Shown here: positions 48,089 to 58,055 of the stretch, one piece after another
Position numbering within the stretch: position 1 is the first letter of the stretch
How the letters are laid out: every line of letters starts with the position of its first letter
Assembly (NCBI GenBank): GCA_020633825.1
Contig: JACKCV010000003.1
Span: forward strand, 241,167 to 305,166
Source of the DNA: Fibrobacteria bacterium
GTDB lineage: Bacteria; Fibrobacterota; Fibrobacteria; UBA5070
Reading direction: 5' to 3'
DNA: 64,000 nt
Translations under genes and position numbers: made by a program
The notes under the pieces: model-generated
What the model saw: only the letters and a program-made list of their open reading frames with translations
The model's database searches: none
Told to the model about the DNA's origin: nothing

Positions 48089-50464
48089 ATCGGCTTCGAT
48101 CGCCTCCTGTCCCCCTTGGCAGGAGCCGCTTTCGTCGCGATCCTCTCCGGGTGCGCGGTCCGTCCCGCGCCCCCTTCCCTCCCCGTCGTCCCTTATCTCA
48201 CCATCCGGCCGGCCCCCACCCTCGAACTCGCGCAGGCGCACTTCGATTCCGCGCAGGCGTTGCAGGGGCAGTCCAAGTATCTCAAGGCCCAGACGCAGCT
48301 GGAACGATCCCTGGCCGTGGTGTCACGCCTGGATGCTCCCGACAGCGCGTCCTTCGAGCTGGCGCGTTCGGTGTTGGGGGCCATGCGGTACAACCTTCCC
48401 TACTCGCTGGCCGCCGGCGCACCGGCCGAGTTCGAATTCGACGGCAATGCCCTCCTGGATTCCCTCGACCGGATCGACCTCGCCGCGGGGAGTGACTCGA
48501 TGGACAGCGCGAGTCTGTCCAAATACCGCATGGAGGCCATGCTCGACACCAACCTGTCCTTCGATCTCCCGGTGGAGATCAACGATCGGGTTCTCACCCA
48601 GCTGCGCACCTTCAAGGAACGGGTCCCCTCCCACTTCCAACGGTGGTTGGAGCGCAAGGGTCGCTGGGAAGCCGAGTTCTCGCGCCGCCTGGCCGAACGA
48701 GGCATGCCGCAGGACCTGGTGTACCTGGCGATGATCGAGAGCGGGTTCAATTCTCGGGCCACCTCCCCTGCCGCAGCCGCCGGCATCTGGCAGTTCATCC
48801 CCTCGACGGGACGACGCTACGGGCTTCGCATCGATCGTTTCGTCGACGAACGCCGCGATCCTTGGCGCGCCACCGACGCCGCCTTGGACTTCCTGGAAAC
48901 CCTCTACAAGCGCTTCGGGGACTGGAAGCTCGCCATGGCCGCCTACAACTGCGGCGAGGGCTGCGTCGATCGGGCCATCCGGAAGGCGGGCCACAAGGAC
49001 TACTGGACCATCCCCATCCCCCAGGAAACCCGCAACTACGTCCCTCGCGTCTTCGCGGCCGCGATCCTGGGGAAGCGCCCCCAGATCCACGGCTTCCAGT
49101 ACACCCCCTGGGAACCTCTCGTCTCCGACACGTTCACGGTCGAGGGGGGGATTCCCCTGGCCAAGATCGCCGAGGTCGTCGGGGCTCCGGCGGAATCCCT
49201 CTCGCTCCTCAATCCATCCCTGATCAAGGCGACCACGCCACCCGTGAAATCGACCTGGGTGGTCCGTCTGCCTCCGGGCACCCGTCCCCTTCTCGACAGC
49301 GCCTACGACTCCCTGGAGCGATCCTTCGAGGCCCCCGAGCCCATCCGCATCACCCATCGGGTCCGACGCGGCGAAACCCTCGCCCGCATCGCCGACCGCT
49401 ATGGCGTGAGCGTGTCCTCGTTGAAGTCCTGGAACCGGATCCGTGGCAAGCGCGTCCGCACCGGCAAGCGCCTGGTGGTGTACACCGACGACTTGTCCAA
49501 CACCACCCTCCCGGCCTGGCAGGAACCTCCGATGTCGCAACGTCGCGAGATCCTGGCCCGCAGCTCCACCACTCTCCCTCCGATCAAGAGGCACCGGGTG
49601 CGCCGCGGAGAGACGCTCTCCGAAATCGCCCGCAAGTACGGCGTCGGCACCGAAGACCTGATGAGCTGGAACGCCCTTTCCAGCAAGCGGGTGAAGGCTG
49701 GCCGTTCCATCGTGGTCTCCGAACCTGTCATCGACCCCTCCCTGGCCTCCATTCCACGCACCCAAGCCATCCGCGTGGCTGGAGCCGAGGAGGAGGACGA
49801 ATCGTCCCAGGAGAAGGTCTCTTCCACGCCCGACCCCAAGCGCAAGATCCCCGACGGCCCCGCCAGCGAGCACGAGATCGCCCGCGGGGAGACCCTCGAT
49901 GCCATCGCGCAACAGTACTCCGTGTCCGTATCCGACCTGATGGATTGGAACGACCTCTCCTCTTCCCGGATCCGGGCCGGAGACAAGCTGACCATCCACG
50001 GCGCGGGGAAGAAATCCGCTTCGCAGGTCGCGCAAGCCTCCGTTCCGAAGTCCGTGCCCCCCCTTGCGGGAGGATTCCATCGAGTGCGACACGGGGAAAC
50101 CCTTTCCGAAATCGCCCAGAAGTACGGCATCTCCGAGCAGAAGATCCGTTCGGCCAACGACCTCACCGGCGACCACATCCGCATGGGACAGAAACTGACC
50201 ATCCCCGGGGCTGCGCCCCAACCCAAGGTCGACATGGCCAAGGCCCCCGCGTCCCGGATCGAACCTCGCAAGGAATCCGCCTCCGTCCCACCGGTTTCCC
50301 TGGCCAACATCAAGACCGTCACCTACACCGTGCGCCCCGGGGACACCCTCTACTCCATCGCCCGAGCCCGCTCCACCACCGTGGACACCCTCAAGCAGAT
50401 CAACGGAATGTCCAAGCCCGATCTTCGGGTGGGACAGGTCATCAAGGTCCCCCACGCCAGCTGA
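48089..50464 (+). CDS. mltD: Membrane-bound lytic murein transglycosylase D-like (SLT domain + 4 LysM domains), lipoprotein
   Basis: Lipobox AILSGC; SLT motif LAMIESGFNSRATSPAAAAGIWQF; four LysM repeats (HRVRRGETLARIADRYGVSVSSLKSWN etc.). No canonical start after the upstream stop: candidates ATC 48089 or TTG 48116. Confidence 0.8.
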   Translation: MGFDRLLSPLAGAAFVAILSGCAVRPAPPSLPVVPYLTIRPAPTLELAQAHFDSAQALQGQSKYLKAQTQLERSLAVVSRLDAPDSASFELARSVLGAMRYNLPYSLAAGAPAEFEFDGNALLDSLDRIDLAAGSDSMDSASLSKYRMEAMLDTNLSFDLPVEINDRVLTQLRTFKERVPSHFQRWLERKGRWEAEFSRRLAERGMPQDLVYLAMIESGFNSRATSPAAAAGIWQFIPSTGRRYGLRIDRFVDERRDPWRATDAALDFLETLYKRFGDWKLAMAAYNCGEGCVDRAIRKAGHKDYWTIPIPQETRNYVPRVFAAAILGKRPQIHGFQYTPWEPLVSDTFTVEGGIPLAKIAEVVGAPAESLSLLNPSLIKATTPPVKSTWVVRLPPGTRPLLDSAYDSLERSFEAPEPIRITHRVRRGETLARIADRYGVSVSSLKSWNRIRGKRVRTGKRLVVYTDDLSNTTLPAWQEPPMSQRREILARSSTTLPPIKRHRVRRGETLSEIARKYGVGTEDLMSWNALSSKRVKAGRSIVVSEPVIDPSLASIPRTQAIRVAGAEEEDESSQEKVSSTPDPKRKIPDGPASEHEIARGETLDAIAQQYSVSVSDLMDWNDLSSSRIRAGDKLTIHGAGKKSASQVAQASVPKSVPPLAGGFHRVRHGETLSEIAQKYGISEQKIRSANDLTGDHIRMGQKLTIPGAAPQPKVDMAKAPASRIEPRKESASVPPVSLANIKTVTYTVRPGDTLYSIARARSTTVDTLKQINGMSKPDLRVGQVIKVPHAS

Positions 50465-50489
50465 CCCGGCGATCCTCCAAAGGTTTTCC

Positions 50490-51365
50490 ATGAAGACGTT
50501 CCTCGCGGTTCTCGGTTTCGTTGTCGCCCTCGTCGCCTCCTGCACCGTCGGCATCGGAATCGGCGGGGCCACCTCCAACGGATTCGACACCCCCGCTTCG
50601 GTTTCCGGCCCCCGGGTGCGGGTGATCCGCCTGGAAGGAACCATCATGGATCCCCGCAAGGTGGTGCAGCGTCTGGAGGAGGCGGGCGAAGAGGAGGACG
50701 TGAAAGCCGTCGTGCTGAGGATCGAGACCCCAGGTGGAGCCGTCGGCGCCTCCCAGGAGATCTACCAGGCCGTTCGCGACCTCGATGGCCGCAAACCCGT
50801 CGTGGCGAGCATCGTCAACCTGGGGGCCTCGGGAGGCTACTACGCGGCGGTCGGGGCACGGACCATCTGGGCGAATCCCGGCAGCCTGACCGGCAGCATC
50901 GGGGTGATCACGCAGTCCCTCGACGCCCACGCCCTCCTGGAAAAGATCGGGGTCGCCCAAGCCACCATCAAGAGCGGTGAATTCAAGGACGCGGGCTCTC
51001 CCTTCCGGCCGATGACCGATCGCGAGAAGGCTCTCTTCCAATCGATGATCGACGACGTCTACGGACAATTCCGGTCCGTGGTCGCCGAGCGTCGCGGCCT
51101 GGGCGCGGCCGCCCTCGACACCCTCGCCGACGGTCGCATCCTCTCCGGACGCCAGGCCTTCCTGTCGGGCCTCGTGGACTCCCTGGGCACCTATTCCCAG
51201 GCCATCGCCTGCGCCCGCACCCTGGCCGACCTTCCCGCCGACGCCCCCGTCGAGACGGACGAACCGCGCATCCCCCTGTTGCGCCGTCTGGTCGACCCCG
51301 AAGGAGAAGCCCTCTCCCGTCTGGTGCCCTTCAACACGGCGCCGATCCTCTTCCGCGTTCCCTGA
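50490..51365 (+). CDS. sppA: Signal peptide peptidase SppA (S49, 36K type)
   Basis: VVLRIETPGGAVGASQEIY...GASGGYYAA...GSIGV catalytic Ser/Lys context. Confidence 0.85.
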   Translation: MKTFLAVLGFVVALVASCTVGIGIGGATSNGFDTPASVSGPRVRVIRLEGTIMDPRKVVQRLEEAGEEEDVKAVVLRIETPGGAVGASQEIYQAVRDLDGRKPVVASIVNLGASGGYYAAVGARTIWANPGSLTGSIGVITQSLDAHALLEKIGVAQATIKSGEFKDAGSPFRPMTDREKALFQSMIDDVYGQFRSVVAERRGLGAAALDTLADGRILSGRQAFLSGLVDSLGTYSQAIACARTLADLPADAPVETDEPRIPLLRRLVDPEGEALSRLVPFNTAPILFRVP

Positions 51366-51579
51366 GCCCTTCCCCGCGCCTCGGCTCGAGTCGTGGGCCC
51401 TGCGGACCGGTCCGCACACCTTTCGCGAGGCCGAGGGATTTCTACTTGATGGAGGAGCTCCGCCCTCGGTCCGTGTGGCCTCGCGCGATCCGTCCGTGGA
51501 CGGCTTGGCGGGAGACACCCCACCACCGGGCTCGGAAGTCCAGAATCCGCCACGCAACCCGCCAGGAACCTCGCCGGCA

Positions 51580-52659
51580 ATGATCAATTTCGCCGATTTC
51601 GCACTCGACCGCCGCATCGTCCCCGGCACCGCCCCCGATGGCACCCCGATCCTCTCGCTCCTGGCCAAGGCGTCGTTCATCCTCGAACCGGGGGAGATCC
51701 TCTCCAAGGAACCCCCGGTCCCGGCAGCCCTGACGGAAAACGACACCGATGTCGAATCCGACCTCGTGGCCTGGAAACCCCTGGTCGACGTCGTCGTGGT
51801 GGGACGGGCGCACGCCCCGCGGGGGAAACGCGCGCGTTTCTTCGACGCGGGAATCGTGGTCGCCGGTCGCGAGACCTCCCTGCGGGTCTTCGGCGAGCGT
51901 TCCGTCGACCTTTCGCGCGGCTCCGTGCGCTTCACCGACCCGACGCCCTTCGATGCGATGCCGCTGGACCGCAAGCTCGCCTACGGGGGGATCGATGCGG
52001 TCTCCGATCCGGAATCCGTCCACGTCTACCCCGCCAATCCCGACGGGATGGGTTACCGCATGCTCCTCCATCCCCAGAGCATGCACGGGTTCCGGCTGCC
52101 CTGCCTGGAGAACCCCTCCCATCTGCTCCAACCGGACACCCTGGTCGTGGACTCCCCCGACCGCTGGACGCGCATGCCTCCACCCCGCCACCTGGGGTGC
52201 ACCTCCCGGTCGTCCTTCCCGCGCATCGACCTCGCGGGACTGCCGCCCGACGCGGCCATGGACGCCAAGATCGCGAGCCAACTCTCCCTCGCCGCATCGC
52301 CCACCGTGGGGGCCGGCGGCGATCCTCCCCCGCCCCCGCCGCGCCGGATGGACCCCAGATTCTTCAACAGCGCGCCCGAATCCCTCCAGTTCCCGCACCT
52401 GGCGGGCACCGAGACCATCGTGCTGAAATACATGGATCCGGACCACCCCCAGATGGAGTTCGCGCTGCCCGGCGTCCAGCCCGAAGGATGGCTCGATGTC
52501 GGCGAAGGCCCGGCCAACATGCCGATGGTCCTCCAGAACGTCGAAATCCGTCCGGACGACCGGCTCGTCCACCTGGTGTGGAGGGGCTCGTGCGCGTGGG
52601 CCGGTCCCGATTCCGCCCCCGCCTTCACCCGGTTCGAACACGGACTGGTCCTGGCCTGA
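51580..52659 (+). CDS. DUF2169 domain protein (T6SS/eCIS adaptor-like), paralog 1
   Basis: VAWKPLVDVVVVGRAHAP...SLRVFGERSVD core resembles the DUF2169 signature (..KP.TDVvv.G.A......RVFGdR.W). Start at ATG 51580 (alternative 51475). Confidence 0.6.
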   Translation: MINFADFALDRRIVPGTAPDGTPILSLLAKASFILEPGEILSKEPPVPAALTENDTDVESDLVAWKPLVDVVVVGRAHAPRGKRARFFDAGIVVAGRETSLRVFGERSVDLSRGSVRFTDPTPFDAMPLDRKLAYGGIDAVSDPESVHVYPANPDGMGYRMLLHPQSMHGFRLPCLENPSHLLQPDTLVVDSPDRWTRMPPPRHLGCTSRSSFPRIDLAGLPPDAAMDAKIASQLSLAASPTVGAGGDPPPPPPRRMDPRFFNSAPESLQFPHLAGTETIVLKYMDPDHPQMEFALPGVQPEGWLDVGEGPANMPMVLQNVEIRPDDRLVHLVWRGSCAWAGPDSAPAFTRFEHGLVLA

Positions 52660-52681
52660 AATCGATCGAGGAGATCCCCCC

Positions 52682-53767
52682 ATGTGGACTTGCACGGTGC
52701 AACCAGGAACGGGACCCGAGGGTCGGAGCGTGCTTTCGGTGCTGGGGAAACGGACCTACCGGCTCCTTCCCGAAGGCGGAACCGAGGTCGACGAGGATTC
52801 CCCCATCGAGCTCCACCTGGAGCGGAAACTCTCCGGCCTGGAAGACCCCGACCGCGATCCGGTGGTTCGCGAAAGCGACCTGGTTGCCTGGAAACCCTTG
52901 ATCGACGTCGTGGTCCACGGTCCCGCCTGCAGCCCGTCCGGCAAGATCGCGCGGTTCTTCGACGCGGGCATCTCCATCTCGGGACGTTCCCGCATGGTCC
53001 GCGTCTTCGGCGACCGGAAGATCGACCTCTCCTCGGGACGGATCCGCTTCAGCGACCCCATCCCCTTCGAAACCATGCCCCTGCATTGGGGACTGGCCTA
53101 CGGAGGAACGGCCCCTTCCGCCCCGGGTGGGTTGCGTCTGGTGTACCCGCGCAATCCCGTCGGCAGAGGATTCCTCGTGGCCACTCCCTTGGAGCTGCTC
53201 CACGGGCTGGCCCTTCCCAATCTGGAGAACCCCGCCCAACCGCTCCAACCCGACGCCGTCGTCCTCAAGCGGTACGACCTATGGAAACGCATGCCGGTTC
53301 CCCTCGCCTTGGGCTGGACGTCCCCGCACTTCTCCGACCGTGTCGTGGAAGGTCCGGTTCCCGCCTCCGGCAGGATTCCCCTGCCTCCGCCCACACCGAA
53401 CGCGGCTCCGTCCTTCCTGCGCCTGGCCTCGCTGTCGGCCGGCGAGACCATCACTCTCGTGCACATGGACGCATCGAACCCGGCTTGGGAGTTCACGGTC
53501 CCGGACGACGCCCCCCGCGCCTTCCTCGATCTGGGTCAAGGTGCCATGGCCCTGGAGACGACCCTCCAGACCGTGGAGATCCATCCGGCGACGCGCCAGT
53601 TCACCATGCTGTGGCGTGGCATGCACCCCATCTCCCCGGAGGACTTCCAGGAAGTCTCCCGAATGGAGGGCTGGATGGAATCCGGACCGGCCAAGACGAT
53701 CGAACGGGAGGAGCGCAAGCCCCCCAAGCGCGCCCCTCCACCCGAAGCAACCGCACCGTCCGTCTAG
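52682..53767 (+). CDS. DUF2169 domain protein, paralog 2
   Basis: VAWKPLIDVVVHGPACSP...MVRVFGDRKIDL, same architecture as the upstream gene at roughly 45% identity by eye. ATG 52682 with GGAG 8 nt upstream. Confidence 0.6.
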   Translation: MWTCTVQPGTGPEGRSVLSVLGKRTYRLLPEGGTEVDEDSPIELHLERKLSGLEDPDRDPVVRESDLVAWKPLIDVVVHGPACSPSGKIARFFDAGISISGRSRMVRVFGDRKIDLSSGRIRFSDPIPFETMPLHWGLAYGGTAPSAPGGLRLVYPRNPVGRGFLVATPLELLHGLALPNLENPAQPLQPDAVVLKRYDLWKRMPVPLALGWTSPHFSDRVVEGPVPASGRIPLPPPTPNAAPSFLRLASLSAGETITLVHMDASNPAWEFTVPDDAPRAFLDLGQGAMALETTLQTVEIHPATRQFTMLWRGMHPISPEDFQEVSRMEGWMESGPAKTIEREERKPPKRAPPPEATAPSV

Positions 53768-53795
53768 GGCTCGGCCGGGCGCTCCGGCGAGCCGA

Positions 53796-55061
53796 TCAGG
53801 GCTTCGCGGCCTTGGGGACCCCGGGCTCGGATTCCCAGGGAAGCACATGGCCCTGCAGGGGTTCGTCGACGTATTCGTAGACGATCGCCCCCGGGGCGCG
53901 ACGCACGTTCTCGAACGTGCACTCCTCGAAGGTGGCGGCATCCTCGGGCTTGAGGGACACCGCGATCTCCTGGGTGATCTCGAGATCCTTGAAACGGCTG
54001 CGTTTGCCGTGGAATCCATCGAAGGTCATGGCCCGCACCTGGATGTCCTCGAAGACGGCGTCCTCGGCTTCTCCCGTGAGGATGAAATTCTTCGCACGGA
54101 TCCCGTGGATCCGCAGGCCCTGGTTCGATCCGCGCACGTGCAGGGTCCCTTCCTGCAATCCCTCGAAGTCGAGGTTGCGCGTGTCCTCGACGATGGCGCC
54201 GTCCTTGAAGCCCTTCGCGACGATGTCGCGCCCCCCCGAAATCGAGAAACCTTCTGCCTGACCTTCGCTCTCGAAGCGGCAATCGCGGATGTCGCCCGAG
54301 AGGTCCATTCCGCGCAGGACCCGCAATCGGGAATCGCTCATGTTCCCCTCGAAGGAGCCGAAGTCGTCCCCGTCCATTTCGCACTGGCGGATGGTGCCGG
54401 TTCCGAGGGTGCCGCGCCAGTTGTTCCCCTTGAAGGAGCATCGTTCGAACGTCGCGCCCACGATCGCCGTGGCCTTCCCCTCGAGATCCTGCCGGAAATC
54501 GTCCCAGGGTTCGCCGAAGTCGTTGTTCTCGATGCGCGAGTCGGTGAAGACGCAGTCCTCCCAGGCGGCCGCGTCGTCGCCGGGATGGTTGTCGTGGAGA
54601 TGGAAACTGTCGAATCTGTTGCGGGCCCAGGTTCCCGAGCGCCGGAACCCGATCTCGTTCCGGGAATCGAATCCGTGGAGCTCCCCTCCCTGGAACCGGT
54701 TTCCCACCCATTTTCCGCCGCGCATCAGGATGCCTCCCAACTTGCAGTTGCGGAATTCGACGTTGGTCAGCTCGGCCGCGCGGAATTCGCATCCCTCGAA
54801 CACGGCATCCTCGAAGACCACGCTGTCGAACTTCGTCCCCTCGAACACCACGTTCTGGAACTTCCATCCCTTCAGGACCAGACCGTGCCACGAACTGTCG
54901 GGGAACGTGACGCTGGCCAGGGTCTGGGGCTCGTCCCCGAACTCCCGCTGGAAGGCGGGCGCGTCGTCCAGCACCTGGTGCATCTTCTCGAATTGCAACG
55001 GACTCATGCAGGCTCCTAGAAGGAGGGACAGAAGGAAGAGCGGAAGGATCCTCGGGAGCAT
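53796..55061 (-). CDS. Pentapeptide-repeat lipoprotein
   Basis: Lipobox LLLGACMSP. Tandem A(D/N)LxF-type pentapeptides (NVVFEGTKFDSVVFEDAVFEGCEFRAAELTNVEFRNCKL...). Start overlaps the stop of the 995-aa gene (TGATG). Confidence 0.75.
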   Translation of the reverse strand: MLPRILPLFLLSLLLGACMSPLQFEKMHQVLDDAPAFQREFGDEPQTLASVTFPDSSWHGLVLKGWKFQNVVFEGTKFDSVVFEDAVFEGCEFRAAELTNVEFRNCKLGGILMRGGKWVGNRFQGGELHGFDSRNEIGFRRSGTWARNRFDSFHLHDNHPGDDAAAWEDCVFTDSRIENNDFGEPWDDFRQDLEGKATAIVGATFERCSFKGNNWRGTLGTGTIRQCEMDGDDFGSFEGNMSDSRLRVLRGMDLSGDIRDCRFESEGQAEGFSISGGRDIVAKGFKDGAIVEDTRNLDFEGLQEGTLHVRGSNQGLRIHGIRAKNFILTGEAEDAVFEDIQVRAMTFDGFHGKRSRFKDLEITQEIAVSLKPEDAATFEECTFENVRRAPGAIVYEYVDEPLQGHVLPWESEPGVPKAAKP

Positions 55062-58048
55062 CACGACTTGTGGTAGGCGTCCAGATCCGGCCGCTCGTTG
55101 GGCGTCAGGTCCCTGCGGATCCAGATCTGGGGGCAATCGTTGGCGGTGAAGCTCCCTCCGACGGCCCAGAGCAGCCAGGGCGTGTCGGTGGAATAGCCTC
55201 CCTGGCCTGAGAACTCGAAGCGGAGCCAGATCTTGGCCGGCTTCTTCTTGCGGTTGGTCGCCCAGTCCATCAGCATCTTCACATCCGCGCGGGAGGTGTC
55301 CGAAGCGCCCGCCGGCAGCCTGAAGCACGCGTTCCGGCCCGGGACGTACTCCAGATGGATCCGGGAGATGACGCCGTTTTCCGTCTTCTGCCAAAGGAGG
55401 TCCAGGCCGGCGAAGGAGAGTCCGGCGGGGAGCGGCATCGCATGGCTGTTGAAGAAGAAGCGCAGCCCCGGCGATCTGCGACGGAAGCACCTGATGGCGT
55501 CGATCGGTTCGGAGATCAGGGCCGAGAAGAGGTTGGTGTGGTAGCGATCCTCCTCGGCATCGAAGGCGCGGATGCACTCGCGATCCCAGGTCTGGAGATT
55601 CGCCCGCTGGTACCGTTGCACCTGCCACAACGGCTTGCCGGTGAATCGCCGGCGAGGCGGCACGCGGTCGTGGGTGGCGTGGGAGCGCGCCGGAGGCGGG
55701 GTCTCCTCGGGATCGCCGGCATGGAACACCTCCATGTAGTCCAGCATCACCCCCAGCCGGGGCTTGTTCTTCGGGTTGCGCGCGTACACCGAACGGATGT
55801 CCTCGACCTGTCCCGAGGCGTCGAAGCGAACCCGGGTCCAGGAAGGGGGACGACTCCCCCACTCCCCCTTGTAGTTCTTGCTCTTGAGGCCCTTGGCCCC
55901 CGGGGGAGCCGCCAGATCCCCTCGGTTCTCGCGCGGAATGGGCCCCGCCGAATCGGACACCACGAACAAGGCCTTGTCGCGGTGCGCCGCCAGGGGGAAC
56001 TGGTCGAAATGCCAACCGGTGATCCAGACCATGTCGGATCCGTCGTAGCCGGGATGATCCTCCCCCTCCTTGTCCCGTCCTCCGGTCATGGCGTACACGC
56101 CGGCCCGATGGGCGTGCCCGGAGATGGCCAGTTGGATCTTCCTGTCCCAGAACAGCTTGTACATGTGGTCCCGCTCTTCCTCGCAGGTCCCGACGTTGTA
56201 CTTGGTCACATCCGATTCGATCCCGAACAGGTGCGTCTTGGTTCCGAAACATCCCACGGTGCCGTGGGCGGAGATGGGCACGGTCTCCTTGTAGCACGCC
56301 CAGGTGTAGTGGGAGAACGTGTTCACCGGACGGCCTTGTTCCGTCGCCCAGTCCACCACGGGCAACTCCGATTCCAGGAGCGCATCGGTGGCGTGCGGGA
56401 GGTGCCCGAGGCGGTCAGCCCCTTCCTCGGTCCAGAACATCCCCTCGTCGTCCCCCCAATCCAGGCACAGGGGTTGACGCTGTCCCCACTTCACGGTCCA
56501 GGTGCGCAGGGGCGAGTACAGGAGGTAGAAGAGCTCGAGGGTGTAGGGATCGAAGTTCTGGCCGTCGAGCCAGGTCTCGTAGCTGGAGCCGAAGGCGAGG
56601 CACGCCTCGAGGATGGTGAGGTTGGAGTCGGCGGGGATGCCGCCGTTGGCCTTGGTCAGTTCCAGGGCGGGGATCCCGAGGAGATCGAACCGCGGGGAGA
56701 TCCCGTAGGGCTTGCGGTAGGAGTCGTGGTTTCCCGCCAGGACGAACACCGGTTTGTTGGATCCCTCGGCGGCGACGAATTCCGCCACCATGTTGTAGAA
56801 GCCCAGCGCGCTCGTCCCCTCCTGGTAGCACTTGTCGCGGTTGGACTTGCGGTAGGCGATTTCGCAGGCCTTCCAGATCTCCGGAAAGCGTTTTTCGTCG
56901 GTGGTGACGGAGTCGCGCCCCATCCAGCCGCGCACCTTGGCGTCGGAGGGGAGGAGATCGGCGAAGAAGTCGACCAGATCGCCTCCGATGACCACCATGT
57001 CGGTTCCTGGCTCGGCCAGCCTCCGGAAGTGTTCCCCCAGCGTCTCGACGGTGTCGACCACCATCGTGCCGATGCTGGGAACCAGGTCTTCCGGGAGGTC
57101 CCCCTTGCGCGTCTCCCAGTGGGGAATGGCCCGGATGTCCGTGTGCCGGAGCAGACGGAATTTGGTCACCAGGTGCAGGTCGGACAGGAAGCCGATGTCC
57201 GCGTGCTTCGGGGGGGCGAGGTAGAAGGGATGGTAGGTGGTGAGCGGGGTCGCGTTGGTGGGCGTCATCGTGGCCAGGTTCCAGCCGGGCAGCTGGGGGC
57301 CCTTGCGCTCCTCCTCCAGGATCCCCCGCAGGCGATCCCCCATGAACCAGCGATCCTCCTTGAACATCGAGACGTCGATCTTCGAGGTCAGGATCCTCTC
57401 CAGGGTCGCGTCCTGGCACTCCTGGCGCAAGGGTGCGTCGGGATTGCCCATCCAGTGCAGGAAGAACCTCCTGTCGGGCGCGTTCCCCCCGAGGTGTTCC
57501 AATCCCCCCGTGCGCCACTTCGGAGCGAGGCGTCGGAGGTCGAGACGGACGACGTGGACGTGGGTGTAGCGCTTCTTGTCGGCTTCCCGGTGGGCCTTCC
57601 GCGAGGGCGTCCCTTTCGCGTCCTTCTCGTTGACCGCCTCGGAATAGTGCTCCAGCACCGATTTGGCCAGGAATCCGCTGAACCCGGCGCTCTCGATCGT
57701 GATGGGCTTCTCGTCGTCGTAGCCATCGACGGCGCGCTTCTCCAGAAGCTCCACGCAATCGGGCGATTCGAACAACGGTCCCCCGACATCCGCCACCGGC
57801 ACGCATTCCTTGAGGGATCGGATGGGTGCGAATTCCGGGAAGATCCGGAGGCATCGGTCGACGTGTTCGGGCAGCAGGTCTTCCCGTCCCAGGAGGATCA
57901 GATGCAACTGCCCCTCCTCGTTCACCGAGGCCGGGGCTCCCAGGGATGGATAGAGGATCGCGGCGGGGACGCGCTGCCAGTAGGTCTTCTGCTGCCAGCT
58001 TCCCACGTTGTCCAGGAGCTTGGTCTTCGTCTTCTTCTTCCGGGGCAT
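55061..58048 (-). CDS. Large (995 aa) protein with calcineurin-like metallophosphoesterase domain
   Basis: MPP motifs VVIGGDLVDF (GDxxD), VLAGNHDS (GNHD/E), ISGHAHRAG (GHxH). Lys-rich N-terminus MPRKKKTKTK, no signal peptide. Confidence 0.7.
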   Translation of the reverse strand: MPRKKKTKTKLLDNVGSWQQKTYWQRVPAAILYPSLGAPASVNEEGQLHLILLGREDLLPEHVDRCLRIFPEFAPIRSLKECVPVADVGGPLFESPDCVELLEKRAVDGYDDEKPITIESAGFSGFLAKSVLEHYSEAVNEKDAKGTPSRKAHREADKKRYTHVHVVRLDLRRLAPKWRTGGLEHLGGNAPDRRFFLHWMGNPDAPLRQECQDATLERILTSKIDVSMFKEDRWFMGDRLRGILEEERKGPQLPGWNLATMTPTNATPLTTYHPFYLAPPKHADIGFLSDLHLVTKFRLLRHTDIRAIPHWETRKGDLPEDLVPSIGTMVVDTVETLGEHFRRLAEPGTDMVVIGGDLVDFFADLLPSDAKVRGWMGRDSVTTDEKRFPEIWKACEIAYRKSNRDKCYQEGTSALGFYNMVAEFVAAEGSNKPVFVLAGNHDSYRKPYGISPRFDLLGIPALELTKANGGIPADSNLTILEACLAFGSSYETWLDGQNFDPYTLELFYLLYSPLRTWTVKWGQRQPLCLDWGDDEGMFWTEEGADRLGHLPHATDALLESELPVVDWATEQGRPVNTFSHYTWACYKETVPISAHGTVGCFGTKTHLFGIESDVTKYNVGTCEEERDHMYKLFWDRKIQLAISGHAHRAGVYAMTGGRDKEGEDHPGYDGSDMVWITGWHFDQFPLAAHRDKALFVVSDSAGPIPRENRGDLAAPPGAKGLKSKNYKGEWGSRPPSWTRVRFDASGQVEDIRSVYARNPKNKPRLGVMLDYMEVFHAGDPEETPPPARSHATHDRVPPRRRFTGKPLWQVQRYQRANLQTWDRECIRAFDAEEDRYHTNLFSALISEPIDAIRCFRRRSPGLRFFFNSHAMPLPAGLSFAGLDLLWQKTENGVISRIHLEYVPGRNACFRLPAGASDTSRADVKMLMDWATNRKKKPAKIWLRFEFSGQGGYSTDTPWLLWAVGGSFTANDCPQIWIRRDLTPNERPDLDAYHKS

Positions 58049-58055
58049 GCGGGCC

